From an uncultured virus (IMG/VR IMGVR_UViG_3300032227_001252) (lineage: Duplodnaviria > Heunggongvirae > Uroviricota > Caudoviricetes), in the IMG/VR virus record IMGVR_UViG_3300032227_001252: a stretch of 64,000 bases of DNA; one strand, given 5' to 3'. The position numbers and the translations under genes were made by a program. Positions 1 to 10,800 of this stretch are shown here, piece after piece (position 1 is the first letter of the stretch; each line of letters opens with the position of its first letter). Under the pieces are notes generated by a model that saw only the letters and a program-made list of their open reading frames with translations, was not told where the DNA came from and made no database searches.

Positions 1-36
1 GATCACGCCAGACCTCTCTACTCACGGAGCCTCACC

Positions 37-501
37 ATGAACGTCCTACCCTTCCTCTTCCTCTTCCCCCTCGGCGTGGCCTGCGGCAGTGAGGATGGAA
101 GTCTCGCCCTCTACACCAGTCCCGACGGTGGCAAGGAACTCAACTACGTGCCGTGCGCGGACATGGCTCTGGACACTGCAAGTGACGAGAACTCGATCAC
201 TGACCTCGCAGGAACTGGCTGGGTCAGCGGGGACGTGCAACTCGCCCTCAACAACCCCGAAGGGATGTGGAGTGACGGTTGCAGCGGGGGCCACATCCCC
301 GCCCCGTTTGCAGTGTCTGGGGGCAACTTCGAGTGGGACGCTCGCTCCCACGAGGTCGAACCCCAGCCGCTGAAGGTTTCCGGTTTCGTAGTGAGTCGGG
401 ATGCCCTCTGCACGTCCTTCCTATCGCCCGAGGGAGAACTGTATTGGGGGCCGATGCTGTTCTCCGCCACCGACAATATCGAAATCGCGTGGTGCGACTG
501 A
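37..501 (+). CDS. Hypothetical protein, possible lipoprotein
   Basis: 154 aa; GGAG upstream; hydrophobic N-terminus ending LGVAC (lipobox-like). Confidence 0.6.
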   Translation: MNVLPFLFLFPLGVACGSEDGSLALYTSPDGGKELNYVPCADMALDTASDENSITDLAGTGWVSGDVQLALNNPEGMWSDGCSGGHIPAPFAVSGGNFEWDARSHEVEPQPLKVSGFVVSRDALCTSFLSPEGELYWGPMLFSATDNIEIAWCD

Positions 502-528
502 CCCGCCAGCGGTCAAGGAGGAGAAGAC

Positions 529-612
529 ATGAGCGCATCGTGCTGCCGTCGCGTCGAACACTTCACGGACTACATCGAACGCGGCTGGCATCGCCGCGAG
601 GAGGAGGCATGA
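529..612 (+). CDS. 27-aa micro-ORF (MSASCCRRVEHFTDYIERGWHRREEEA)
   Basis: Strong SD AAGGAGG; stop overlaps next ATG (ATGA); C-terminus resembles the end of the 1285-1551 protein. Confidence 0.4.
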   Translation: MSASCCRRVEHFTDYIERGWHRREEEA

Positions 613-1076
613 CCGACAAGTGGGAGCCGACAATCGAGCCGACACCCTGCGTGGACAAGAACGGGGTGTTCATCACCAAGGGCATGACGGTGCGCTGCGA
701 CCGGACGCAGCACACGCCCCCCTTCAATCAGGTCGAGCAGGAGGGGGTCACCATCTCTGATCCCGTTTTCACGCGGAACATCTGGGGCGAGCACTACTGG
801 ATCGTTGACATCAAGGGCAACGGGTGGAGCACCAAGTTCACCCGCGTCCACACGCTTGAGGCCGTCGTCGAGGAGCGCGTGGAGAAACGCCCCTCAGACA
901 TCCAGCTGGAGCGCGACTCCATCGCAGACTGGCTTCGAAGCGAGCCGGAGACTGTGAAGGAGTGCAACGGCCACAGGCACAAGGACGGCAAGAAGTGCCT
1001 CGTCATCATGCCGATGACGCTGGAGGAGCTCGCCGACGCAATCGCGAAGGGCGACTACCCGAAGGAGACGCCATGA
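609..1076 (+). CDS. Hypothetical phage protein
   Basis: ATG at 609 after GAGGAGG; ATGA-coupled to neighbours; ends ERDSIADWLR...LADAIAKGDY. Confidence 0.7.
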   Translation: MTDKWEPTIEPTPCVDKNGVFITKGMTVRCDRTQHTPPFNQVEQEGVTISDPVFTRNIWGEHYWIVDIKGNGWSTKFTRVHTLEAVVEERVEKRPSDIQLERDSIADWLRSEPETVKECNGHRHKDGKKCLVIMPMTLEELADAIAKGDYPKETP

Positions 1077-1285
1077 ACGACCAGAACCCGCACGCCTGCT
1101 CGGACGGAGGCTGTGTCTTCAAGGTGCGAAGCCGATCTAGTGGCATGCACACGAATGGGGGGTGTCACTGCATCCCCGGCCCCGGAAGAACCATGACCAT
1201 GGACGATCGCACGAACATCAGGCTGGCCATCCTCTGGATGAAGTCAGAACTCGAGCGCCTGGACAAGGCCGCGAAGGAGAAGTGA
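1073..1285 (+). CDS. Small Cys-rich hypothetical protein
   Basis: SD AAGGAG; CSDGGC...GMHTNGGCHC; translationally coupled. Confidence 0.65.
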   Translation: MNDQNPHACSDGGCVFKVRSRSSGMHTNGGCHCIPGPGRTMTMDDRTNIRLAILWMKSELERLDKAAKEK

Positions 1286-1551
1286 TGGACTTCGAAGAGC
1301 ACAAGAAGAGGCAGGCGCGCGCTCGAGACCTGGGACTTGACTACGCCAAGATCCGAGAGGTCATCCAGAACGTCCACCTGGACGACATCCACGGCACTTC
1401 GATAGGCCGGGCCGTCGAAGAGATCCGTGAGCTCGCCCTGCAGGCTGTAGAGAAGGCCATCGAAGAGGAGCGGAAGGACGTCACGCGCTGGCTCCGGCTC
1501 ACGACGAAGTGGATCTCGGAAGGCGAACACCGCAGGGAGGACAGGTCGTGA
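1285..1551 (+). CDS. Hypothetical phage protein
   Basis: SD AAGGAG, TGATG coupling; ends ERKDVTRWLR...ISEGEHRRE. Confidence 0.65.
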   Translation: MDFEEHKKRQARARDLGLDYAKIREVIQNVHLDDIHGTSIGRAVEEIRELALQAVEKAIEEERKDVTRWLRLTTKWISEGEHRREDRS

Positions 1552-1754
1552 TGCTGCTCGTTGTGCTTCTGGGGTGCGGCCTGATTCAGGGGAGCGCGAG
1601 CGTGCCGGGTCAAGATCCGCCTCCCGTGCGCGCGGGGTGGAGGCCTCTCCAGCCTCCCCACGCGGGCGTGAGGTGCTGGTACACATCAAGCGTGGGGCAC
1701 GGCGCCGTTTTCTGCGAACCTGACCCCACGGCCACGCATGGAGCGGGGCTCTAA
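1551..1754 (+). CDS. Small putative lipoprotein
   Basis: MLLVVLLGC lipobox-like start; SD GGAGG; coupled to the previous stop. Confidence 0.5.
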   Translation: MLLVVLLGCGLIQGSASVPGQDPPPVRAGWRPLQPPHAGVRCWYTSSVGHGAVFCEPDPTATHGAGL

Positions 1755-2245
1755 GCCGGCCCCGGCTTCGCAGCCTCTTTCTTCGCCTTCTCGCGCGCGT
1801 GTGCGTTCTTGTTGCTGCACGTGCGAGAACAGTACCGAGACGTCATCGTGTGATCGTTCTCACACGGAGGCCAAGCACATTTGGCGTTTCGCAGTATCTC
1901 TGCCTCCAACGCGGCACGGCGTGCGGCCTTCTTCTGCTGCGCCTGCTCCTCCTGCCGCTTGATCTGGGCTTCCTCTTCAGCCTTGCGCGCTGCTTCGGCT
2001 GCCTTCTGCTCTGCTTCAATTGCCAGGCGGAGCATTTCACGGTCTACAGCCAGGCGCTCTTCTTCGCGTCGCTGACGAGCGAGTTCCGCGTCGCGTAGAG
2101 GTCCTACGCGCTCGGGGCCGTAGACGCGAGTACCACAGGTGACGCAGATCAGCACTTCGTCGTTCTGGCCCGACATCCAGGGATGGCGAGGGTACGAGAT
2201 GTGAGTCGCGCGACTGGAACACTTCGGACAGGGGATCTTGACCAT
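1751..2245 (-). CDS. Zn-ribbon/coiled-coil protein
   Basis: CPKC...CVTC at N-terminus, charged helix, C-terminal CAWPPC...YCSRTC. Confidence 0.7.
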   Translation of the reverse strand: MVKIPCPKCSSRATHISYPRHPWMSGQNDEVLICVTCGTRVYGPERVGPLRDAELARQRREEERLAVDREMLRLAIEAEQKAAEAARKAEEEAQIKRQEEQAQQKKAARRAALEAEILRNAKCAWPPCENDHTMTSRYCSRTCSNKNAHAREKAKKEAAKPGPA

Positions 2246-2417
2246 GACCCCCGCTAACACGTCTACGAGGTGCTCCTCAACAAGGCCTGATCTGCACTCT
2301 CTACTTGACGGCCGTCATACTGGAGGGTACACTCAGGATGTACCTCGGGGCAGGCAAGGTCGAGGTCTTCGCGGGCGGTCACGGGCAGGTGACCGCCCGC
2401 TTCTTCTTTGGCCGCTG

Positions 2418-2888
2418 TCAGTCTGTCTCGTCTCCGGTCAGTTTGGCCCAGTCCCGACGACGATCGTCGCGCTTGGGCACCTGGCGGCCCATGTACTTGA
2501 ACATGGCGACTCTGGCCCACTCAGAGATGGAGACACCCTTCTCTGCTGCCGCACGCCTGATGGCAGTCTCTTCCTCTTCCGACATGGCGATGGAGATGGT
2601 GTTCCTCCTGCGCTGGTCTGGTTTCATGCGGGGCCTGCCCGGAGGGTTCGCACTCGGCTTCTCCTCCTTGGGGGCGCGTGTCTCTTTGAACCTCCGAGGC
2701 CAGGCTTCGGGGGTCGAGTACACGCTCAGGTGATCCTGCACGGGAGGCTCGATTTCCGGCGTCGGCTTCACCGGCGGCGGGTCTGTCTGCGTGCGCTGAG
2801 GTGAGGCTGGGGGGTTAGGGGGATTACGTCGCGGCACTTTGTTGACGGACGTAAGTGCGCGAGACCAGATGGTGAGGCGGCTGCTCAT
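2418..2888 (-). CDS. Ribbon-helix-helix (CopG/MobC-like) DNA-binding protein
   Basis: TISIAMSEEEETAIRRAAAEKGVSISEWAR matches the RHH pattern; TATGTT 6 nt before the ATG (leaderless); alternative GTG start at 2837 would give MPRRNP. Confidence 0.7.
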   Translation of the reverse strand: MSSRLTIWSRALTSVNKVPRRNPPNPPASPQRTQTDPPPVKPTPEIEPPVQDHLSVYSTPEAWPRRFKETRAPKEEKPSANPPGRPRMKPDQRRRNTISIAMSEEEETAIRRAAAEKGVSISEWARVAMFKYMGRQVPKRDDRRRDWAKLTGDETD

Positions 2889-2970
2889 GTCAGCAACATA
2901 ACCCGATTCTTACTCGGGCGCCTGTGCGCGCAGGGAGCAAGGGATTACGTCGGGACGCGGAGGTTCCAGA

Positions 2971-5739
2971 GTGCCCACGAAGCCCAAGAACTCGTCTACA
3001 CAGGACGATGCAGTCCGCCGTTCCCGCACCCGCGGGTCCGCAGTTCCTCAGCCTGAGCCGCCCGAAGAGGACGACTTCGAGGACGAGCTCGATGAGGACG
3101 AACTCCAAGACGAGATCGACGACGCGGTCAGTGACGCGTCCGCTCTCCGTGCTCTGAACGACCCCTCCACCATGCCGCTCGGTCCGGCCCCGCTCCTGGG
3201 CGGGTCAGAGACCTCTGTGGGCAACCTCTACGGTCGCGACGCGATGGCGCTCGGCCGTGCGAGCAGTCCCCGTCTGTGGGCACAGGCAGCGCAGTTCCCC
3301 ACCTGCTCGCAGCTCCGTGTTTGGCGCTGGGAGAACGGTATCCCCGTCGGCCTCGGCGCCATCGACGCGGAAGCGAACGAGGAGGACTTCGTCCGCGAGT
3401 TCTTCGAGGCGATGCCCAAGGTCGGTCAGGGCCGCATGATGTTCAAGCTCCGCCCCATCGACATCCGCGGGGAGGAGATGGGCAAGGAGCTGTCTCTGGT
3501 CATAAGCGAGCACCACGCAGCGTTGCAGGCGATCCGCCGTGCGAGGAAGGCAGAAGCAGAGGAGTCCATTCAGATGAACCAGCAGTCCGGCGCCCCCATC
3601 TACATGCCTCCCATGCAGGACGACTCTGGCGCTGCGTACGCCTCCGAGATGTCGCGCATGTTCGAGAAGGCCGTCGAAGCAGCGGACTCCCGCGCCACGG
3701 CTCTTGAAAATGCCCTGCTCGACGAGCGCGAGCGGCTTCGCTCAGAGGACGACAAGAGGGCGCAGGAGCGGATCGACCTGGCGACCAACGCGGCAGCAGG
3801 GGTTCAGGCCATCACCGAGCGCATGATGCGCGACGAGTCGAATCGTGCAGAGCGCGCCATGAAGGCGCAGACGGACCAGTCGCAGATGCTTCTGACGACG
3901 CTGACGCAGATCTTCGCGTCTGCGCAGGCTCAGCAGCACAGCATCAGCGAGACTGCCCGCGCTGCAGACCAGCAGCGCCTCGAGCAGGAGCGCCAGTACG
4001 CAGAGCGAGTGCGTTCAGAGCAGGAGGAGCGCCGCAAGCGCGACCTCCAGGAGATGGAGGAGCGCCGTAAGGCCGAGCAGAACCGCCTCGAAGACGAGCG
4101 CAAGCAGCTCCGCGATCAGCGTGAGTTCGAGATGAAGCAGCTCGAGCTCCGTGCAGAGCGCGAGCGCCAGGAACTCCTCTCGAAGCTGGAGCGGGACAAG
4201 GCAGAAGCCGCCGCCAAGCTCTCGCTCGAAGAGCGTCGTCTGGAGAAGGATCGTCAGGACAACGAGTCCCGCCTCCAGAAGATGCGCGAGGACGAAGAGC
4301 GCAAGCTGTCCGTCGAGAAGAGCGAGATCGACCGCCGCATGGAGCGCGAGCGCCTGGAATGGGAGCACCGCTGGAAGCTGGAGGCTGAAGAGCGCGACCG
4401 GCGCGAGCGCATGGCCCGCGAAGAGCGTGAACGAGTCGCCGCGATCGAGACGGAGCGTCGCCGCATGGAGATGGAGGAGCGCGAGCGCCGGGATCGCATC
4501 GACCGCGAGGAGCGGGATCGCCGTGCGAAGCTCGACGCGGACATGGCCGCGCTCAGGACGGCAGAGATGGAGCGTCGGGCCCGTGCTGAGGACGAGTCCT
4601 CGCGTATTCGCGAGGCGGAACGGCAGCGTGCCCACGAACTGGCCATCAAGCAGATGGAAGTCGCGGCAGGGCGTGACCGCGAGCACGCCGAGCGCATGCT
4701 CCAGATGCAGCAGCTCCAGATGCAGGAGCAGCGCGCCACGATGGAGGCGCGTGAACGCCGTGAGAAGGAAGAGGCGTCCAACCGCGATGCGGATCGCCTC
4801 CGCCAGCACGAGCGCATGCTCAAGGAAGTCGAGCTTCAGGCCCAGAAGGACCGGGAGCACGCTGAACGGATGATGCAGCTCACGCAGATGCAGTACCAGC
4901 AGAAGGCCTTCGGCGGTCTTGGGGAGCTCATCCCGAAGGCGAAGGAGTGGCTGGGCGATCTGGGTCTTGAGCCGGCTGACATCATTCAGCGCGTCTTCTC
5001 TCCTGAGCCCCAGGGCGGGGGAGGCGGCGGTGGCGGCGGCTGGGCCGATGCCATTCCGAAGGTGCTCGGCTCGCTCGCAGAGATGGGCAAGGTTGCCATC
5101 GAGGCACAGGCAGCAGCGAAGATGCCGCCGCGTGGGGCGCAGCAGCAGATCCCGCAGCAGCCCATGATGATGCCTCCGTTCAACCTTCCGCCGGGAGCGT
5201 CGGTCTCTCCCGTTCCGGGGTACCCTGGCATGATGGCGGTGCAGATGCCGTCTCAGCCCGGCACCAACGCGCTCGTCCCCACCAACCCGACGCAGCAGGC
5301 CGTCGACACGATCCTCGACGAGACCGTGTACAACGAGCCGTTCCCCGAGGTCGACCTCACGGCTGGCGAGGAGGCCGAGGGCGCGGAGGGCGGCGAAGAG
5401 CAGCCCGCAGTGGAAGAAGAGCCGGCTCCTCCCGCGGTCGAACCCGAGAAGATGACCATCCAGATGGCGACCGAAGCGGGCCTCTCGATGGCCACGCAGA
5501 AGCGCGCACGAAAGGCGCTTCGAACCTTGGTTCGCAAGTTGGGCGGAACCAAGAAGGAGGACTGGTTCGGGCACATCGCCGCGGCCATCCAGAACGAGAT
5601 CGGCATCTACCACTACGTCAAGGCTGTGACCGTGCGTGCGGCTCTCATCGAGGGCGGTGCGGACGAAGAACTGGCTGGTCGCGTGATGGAAGCCATGCGT
5701 GAATCCGGAATGATCCCCGCTGACGTCGAGTACGAGTAG
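2971..5739 (+). CDS. Large coiled-coil protein (922 aa)
   Basis: Long E/R-rich helical region with internal duplication (DREHAERM x2); acidic N-terminus; Gly/Pro/Gln-rich C-terminal part. Confidence 0.85.
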   Translation: MPTKPKNSSTQDDAVRRSRTRGSAVPQPEPPEEDDFEDELDEDELQDEIDDAVSDASALRALNDPSTMPLGPAPLLGGSETSVGNLYGRDAMALGRASSPRLWAQAAQFPTCSQLRVWRWENGIPVGLGAIDAEANEEDFVREFFEAMPKVGQGRMMFKLRPIDIRGEEMGKELSLVISEHHAALQAIRRARKAEAEESIQMNQQSGAPIYMPPMQDDSGAAYASEMSRMFEKAVEAADSRATALENALLDERERLRSEDDKRAQERIDLATNAAAGVQAITERMMRDESNRAERAMKAQTDQSQMLLTTLTQIFASAQAQQHSISETARAADQQRLEQERQYAERVRSEQEERRKRDLQEMEERRKAEQNRLEDERKQLRDQREFEMKQLELRAERERQELLSKLERDKAEAAAKLSLEERRLEKDRQDNESRLQKMREDEERKLSVEKSEIDRRMERERLEWEHRWKLEAEERDRRERMAREERERVAAIETERRRMEMEERERRDRIDREERDRRAKLDADMAALRTAEMERRARAEDESSRIREAERQRAHELAIKQMEVAAGRDREHAERMLQMQQLQMQEQRATMEARERREKEEASNRDADRLRQHERMLKEVELQAQKDREHAERMMQLTQMQYQQKAFGGLGELIPKAKEWLGDLGLEPADIIQRVFSPEPQGGGGGGGGGWADAIPKVLGSLAEMGKVAIEAQAAAKMPPRGAQQQIPQQPMMMPPFNLPPGASVSPVPGYPGMMAVQMPSQPGTNALVPTNPTQQAVDTILDETVYNEPFPEVDLTAGEEAEGAEGGEEQPAVEEEPAPPAVEPEKMTIQMATEAGLSMATQKRARKALRTLVRKLGGTKKEDWFGHIAAAIQNEIGIYHYVKAVTVRAALIEGGADEELAGRVMEAMRESGMIPADVEYE

Positions 5740-5748
5740 GAGACCGCC

Positions 5749-6393
5749 ATGAAGTACACCTTTGAGTCGAGTGAGACGGAAGTCACGGAGCTGTACGGGC
5801 TCATCGGACTGATCGCCAAGGAGGTCGGCAAGACCGTCCGTCACGCGAATGAGCTCAGGGCTCATACGCGGCACGGCAGCGGTACGCTGAGCACCTCCGC
5901 GGTCCCGCCGCTGCACGTGGTCAGCGACAGTGACGGTGAGTCCGCCGACGCTGACGTCATCGAGTTCCCCCGCCCGTCCGCTCGCAAGACGGAGCAGCAG
6001 ATCGAGGATGAGATCGTAAACGAGCCCGAGCCGCTTCCCGCTGACGTGGTCAAGCAGGCAAAGGCGGAGAAGAAGGGCCGCGACTCGTTCACGGGCTTCA
6101 TCCAGGACTGGCTCGTGGGCATCGACCCCGAGACCATGGCGCTCATCGAGGGGATCGTTCAGCCCGACCGCGCTCAGATGCTGCGAGACCTGCAGAATGG
6201 GCCTCACGCCTACAATCTGCTGATCTTCGTGAAGAAGTGCGGCGGCCTGCAGCGTGCGATCAAGGAAGTGACCGGTTCGGAGTCCCTCGCGCTCGCGCTT
6301 GCTCCGTTCATCGTACCGCCCGCCAGCATCGCCTTCAGCGACTTGGCTGACACCTACGAGTACACCAACCCCTTCGTGAAGGACGAGGATTAG
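5749..6393 (+). CDS. Hypothetical protein
   Basis: SD AGGAG; typical codon bias; in operon. Confidence 0.75.
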   Translation: MKYTFESSETEVTELYGLIGLIAKEVGKTVRHANELRAHTRHGSGTLSTSAVPPLHVVSDSDGESADADVIEFPRPSARKTEQQIEDEIVNEPEPLPADVVKQAKAEKKGRDSFTGFIQDWLVGIDPETMALIEGIVQPDRAQMLRDLQNGPHAYNLLIFVKKCGGLQRAIKEVTGSESLALALAPFIVPPASIAFSDLADTYEYTNPFVKDED

Positions 6394-6395
6394 CC

Positions 6396-6836
6396 ATGAA
6401 CATCCGCTATGAGTGCGCCATCTCCGGCGTGGAAGAAGACGCCTCGCTGGACAAGGTCGCCCCGCTCGGCGGGCTTCCTCTGGGCTGGTTCAAGGTCACG
6501 TTCGCACGTCAGGTGATGAACCCGAAGTGGATCGCGATCCAGCAGCTCAAGGAGGCGATGGTGTCCAACGTGCTGGGCCAGATCCAGAAGGCTGAGGATC
6601 GCGAGCTTCAGCAGGTGGCCGTCTCATTGCAGGTCGAAGCGCAGTTCGCCGCGCTTGAGGCTGCTACGCCGAAGTACCTGACGGAGGAAGACACCGTGTA
6701 CACCGCGCCGCCTGAGGCCGAGGACGCGATCCGCCAGGTGTTCAACGAGATCCGGGAACCGCTCGGACTCTCTTCCTTCTCGCAGGAAGATGCGGCGGAC
6801 GAAGAGGGCGACGCTGCGCCTGCATCGGCCGAGTGA
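6396..6836 (+). CDS. Hypothetical protein
   Basis: SD GAGGA; in operon. Confidence 0.75.
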   Translation: MNIRYECAISGVEEDASLDKVAPLGGLPLGWFKVTFARQVMNPKWIAIQQLKEAMVSNVLGQIQKAEDRELQQVAVSLQVEAQFAALEAATPKYLTEEDTVYTAPPEAEDAIRQVFNEIREPLGLSSFSQEDAADEEGDAAPASAE

Positions 6837-6902
6837 AGAACCGCTTCCCGGCGTAGCACTCGCCCATGGTTCGGGGGCAGCGGCCGGTCTACCATCTGAC
6901 CG

Positions 6903-7856
6903 ATGGAACCGACCACTGCCCCCATCAAGCTCCCCGTGAAGTCCAACCGGATCCCTCTGGATGGACCGAAGGTGCATCATATCCCCACCTGGGGCGCGCT
7001 CGGTGACGGGCAGCGCCTCAACGTGATCCGTCAGATCGCGATGCAGCGAGCACGCGATCCCCGGATCACGACCCTCGCCTTGACGATCATCAAGGGTGCT
7101 GGGGTTCAGCCGCGAGACTACAAGGGGCAGGCCGCGGCGCTCCTGAAGTGGGTCCAGAACCCCCAGAACGTCTATTACATCAACGAGCCTGGTGAGCGCC
7201 TGCAGGACCCGCTGTACACCCTGAAGGTGAAGTACGGCGACTGCGACGACATGGCCCTGCTCCTGTGCTGCTTCTTTGAAGCCGTGAAGCTCGAGTGGAA
7301 GCTCGTCCTGTCTGGCCGCCAGCGCGGCACGGGGCACAAGAAGCGCTACATCGAGGGCGGCGCCATGCCTCCCGCGGTCAACTGGTCGCACATCTACTGC
7401 GTCGTCGGAACCCCGCCGTTCAAGCCGACGAAGTGGTACTTCTGCGAGCCCACGGTCCCGAACGTCCCGCTCGGCTGGGACGTCATCGACGGCGACCACA
7501 CGATGCTTCCCGAGATGGGCGGCACGGGCGTGTCGAAGCGTCCTGCAAACGGTCGTGTTTCTCGTCCCGCATCGAACCCGCTGTCGGGTCTTGCAGGACT
7601 GCTGCCCCTCGGCAACGGCGGCATCTCGTCCGCGGTTGCGAGCGCTGTTGCAACAGAGTTCGAGGACGACGCCCACGACGTCCAGCCTGCACGCCCGAAG
7701 GCGAAGTCAGAGCCTGGCATCTGGGGCATGGAGTTCAAGAAGATGCTGCCCGCCATCGTGATCGGCGTTACGACCTCTGTCGTCTCTCAGCTCCTGATGG
7801 ACGAGATCCGGGCGAGCCGTCAGGCATCCCGTGACGCGAAGAGGGTTCAGGAATGA
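6903..7856 (+). CDS. Transglutaminase-like (papain-fold) Cys enzyme with C-terminal hydrophobic segment; candidate maturation protease
   Basis: GDCDD (Cys), SHIY (His), CEPT (acidic residue); preceded by ...LLKWVQ...YYINEP...LQDP..TL. Confidence 0.8.
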   Translation: MEPTTAPIKLPVKSNRIPLDGPKVHHIPTWGALGDGQRLNVIRQIAMQRARDPRITTLALTIIKGAGVQPRDYKGQAAALLKWVQNPQNVYYINEPGERLQDPLYTLKVKYGDCDDMALLLCCFFEAVKLEWKLVLSGRQRGTGHKKRYIEGGAMPPAVNWSHIYCVVGTPPFKPTKWYFCEPTVPNVPLGWDVIDGDHTMLPEMGGTGVSKRPANGRVSRPASNPLSGLAGLLPLGNGGISSAVASAVATEFEDDAHDVQPARPKAKSEPGIWGMEFKKMLPAIVIGVTTSVVSQLLMDEIRASRQASRDAKRVQE

Positions 7857-10800
7857 CGTTCATCGTCCGCACTCGGATCGGCGACATCGACGTGAATCCC
7901 AAGGGCACCCCGATGGGCCGTCGTGAACTCTTGAAGCGTGCGCAGCGCCTCGTGCAGCGCGCTCTTCAGGAAGGCGAGGCTGCTCTTGTCTTCGAGCGGG
8001 CGAACGGGCGGGAAGCTCAGGTCGATGCGGTAAGCGGGCAGTATGTCCGCACTGGATCGCCCGCGAACGTGGTAGCAGCAGGTCTGCAGCGTCGTGGCGG
8101 TGCGGGTGCTGGCCGCCACCACACGCGCACCCGCGACGTGGCCAAGGGAAGCTCCCGCAAGGCCCGTCACGGCGGACGTGCAGGGGTTCGCGAGCGCGAA
8201 AACCCTGACGACGACTTCACCTTCGAGCACCTCAACCGCCCGCACCCTGAGGAGGAACGCTCCTCGCGGCGCACTTCTACTCCTGGCACCCGCACCACGC
8301 GCCCTTCCAAGGAAGTGTGGAAGCAGATGTCGAAGGAAGAGAAGGCGGAGGTTGAGCAGCAGATCGCGACGGAACTCCTTGCACAGTTGCAGGGTGTGTC
8401 CCTCGAATCGCTGACGTCCGTGCTCGAAAAGGGCGCGGTGCCGAGCTACCCTGGCTCCGACACGCCTGTGAATCCGTTCGGGTTGCAGATCTTCTCCGAC
8501 GTGCCGGACGTTGTCGCTGCGGCGAACGCGCTCAAGATCCCCGTCTCTGAAGTGGTCTATTACGAGCCCGAAAAGGGCCCGCCCTGGCAGGGCGAGATCC
8601 ACGTCGACAACGAGATGTCGACTGAAGGGGCGGTGTTTGGCCTCTCCTACCCCCCGCGCGCGCCCCGCGTCGAGATCGCGGATCGCGCAGCGAAGGGTTT
8701 CTCTCCGTTCAGTTGGACTGCCCTGACCGCACTCTCGAAGTGGCTTCGCGACAACGACATCCACAGCGTCCTGATCAAGGCTCGTCCCCCGTACGGACGC
8801 TTCGGCGATCCTGTTGCCTACCCCGCAGCAGGCGACGCAGTCTTCCTGCTCTCGACGCTGCCCGAAGTGCAGCCCGGGCGGGTCTCGGAGTCGTTTCTCC
8901 GCTCCCCCGTGTCTGGGAAGGTGGTCAACATCACCCCCAGTTACGTCGAGATCGAAGAGGGGAAGAACTACGCGAGCGAGTACTCTCGCCTGGCGAACGT
9001 CGTCGCCGATGCTCGCGCTGCTCTGACCAGCCTTCAGGCTCACGCGGGTAAGCACGAGCGGAAGGTCGTTGCCCGTCGCCGGGAACTCGCCGGAGAGCGA
9101 GAGGCGCTGGTGCGCAGCCCCAGTACTGATCGCAACCGCGCTTCTATCGCACGACTCGACCGAGAGATCGCGGAGCTGAACGCGTCGTTGGGAAGTGCCC
9201 GAAAGCAAGACTGGCGTGAGGATCTCGAGTACGAGAACGCCCACGCTGCCTTCTACGGGAACGCGCGGCCCGAAACCTGGATGTTCACCAGCTTCGAGGG
9301 CACAAGCACGACCCTGAGGCGCCCCACGGAACTCCCGCGTGCCATTCCGCCGCTCATCCCCGCACTCGGATACGAGTCCGCGAAGGGCTACCCCTCGTTG
9401 AGTCAGGAAGCCTCGCTCGACGAGGTGCGCCGCGCTTCGCAGGCGCTCTTCGCGCCTGATCTCCAGAGCGAGAGCATCGTCGTGCGGCCTGAAGGTCGCG
9501 AACTGTGGCGGGTTCAGGTCGTCGCACGCCAGCCCGTGCACGAAGCAGAAGTGGCGCAGGCTTTGGCTCGTGCCGCAGTTCTGGAACGGGAACACGCGAA
9601 CGTGACCGAGCACCTCCTGATGCTCGAGTCTCGCGAGCCCGGGGCGCTGCCGCTCATCACAGCGGCACGCGAGCGCATCCTCGAGGAGCGGACGGCTGCT
9701 GCGACGCTTCAGCGTGAGCAGGCCCGATCCAAGCGTGAGTTCCGCCCTCTGGCGCAGGCGCTCGGAAAGGCTCTGAACATCGACGAGCCGCAGGCGGATC
9801 AGGGGCCTGTGCAGGTTGAAGCACCTGCTGACATCAACAACATGGCCCGCCTGCGCGCCATGTCGGACGTGAAGGACAAGCTCGACCGCATCGACGGAGA
9901 ACTTCGTAAGGTGCGTGCGCTCCTGCGTGACAAGTCCGTCTCTCGGATGGTCTTCCGCGGCGCAATCGTTCGGCGTGTGCGTGTCCCCACCGGAGGACGG
10001 TCTGCTTCCCTGGCTGACGGCGTCGAGATCGGTGCGACCATCACGGCCGGGCAGCAGCTCACGAAGGTTCCTGAACGGGCAGCGCTGGTGCCTTCGGGCC
10101 GTAGCACTTCGGCCGCTCCTGCGCAGGCGTCAGCTCCTCGAATCCGCCCCATCAACGTCTACCTGCGTCGCGACACGGACGTGGACGCTATCGCAGGGAT
10201 GTTCGCTCCGAAGGGCACGGCGCTTCCAGTTCGCTCTGTCCTCATCCGAGATGGTGTGCGCCTGGCGCCCAACGAGGTGGGCTCGTTCGTGCTCAACTTC
10301 GACGGCACGCCCTACACCGTCTACGCCACCACGAAGACGGAAACTCCGCTGAAGGTGGAACCCACTATCCGCATGCTCGGAGGTCTTGGGAACTTCCTCG
10401 AGAAGCTCGGCATCCTCGCTGCGGCAGACGTGGCTCGTATGACCCCTGCCGCCCGAGAGTCCTTCACGCTTCCAGCAGCGCAGGTGCAGAGCGTGGCATC
10501 GACTGCGTTCGGTGATGACCCCCGCATGACGCGGTGGCTCAAGGGCGAGACGGCAGCACACGCCCTGTTCCTCAGCACGGAACCCCCGGCCGGAGCCGTG
10601 CGCGGCTACGGTGCTGGCTCCGGAGCACCGGAAACGAAGTTTCTGGCACCCCTCAACCGTACGGATCGTGACGCGGTTCCGGTCGATGAGATTATCGGGC
10701 TGACCCTGTACGCCTTCGTTCATACGCGCCCTCTCGACATCGCGCCAATGAAGGTCGTGAAGGGTCGTGAACTGATGGAGGGCGGGGTGTCGTTCGCTGA

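Noticed and set aside
2971..5739. Tape-measure, SMC or TolA identity for the coiled-coil protein
   Set aside because: No Walker motifs, no TM anchor and no tail genes nearby; low-complexity resemblance only.
4015..6207. 730-aa minus-strand ORF
   Set aside because: Antisense shadow of strongly codon-biased plus-strand genes; no motifs or SD.
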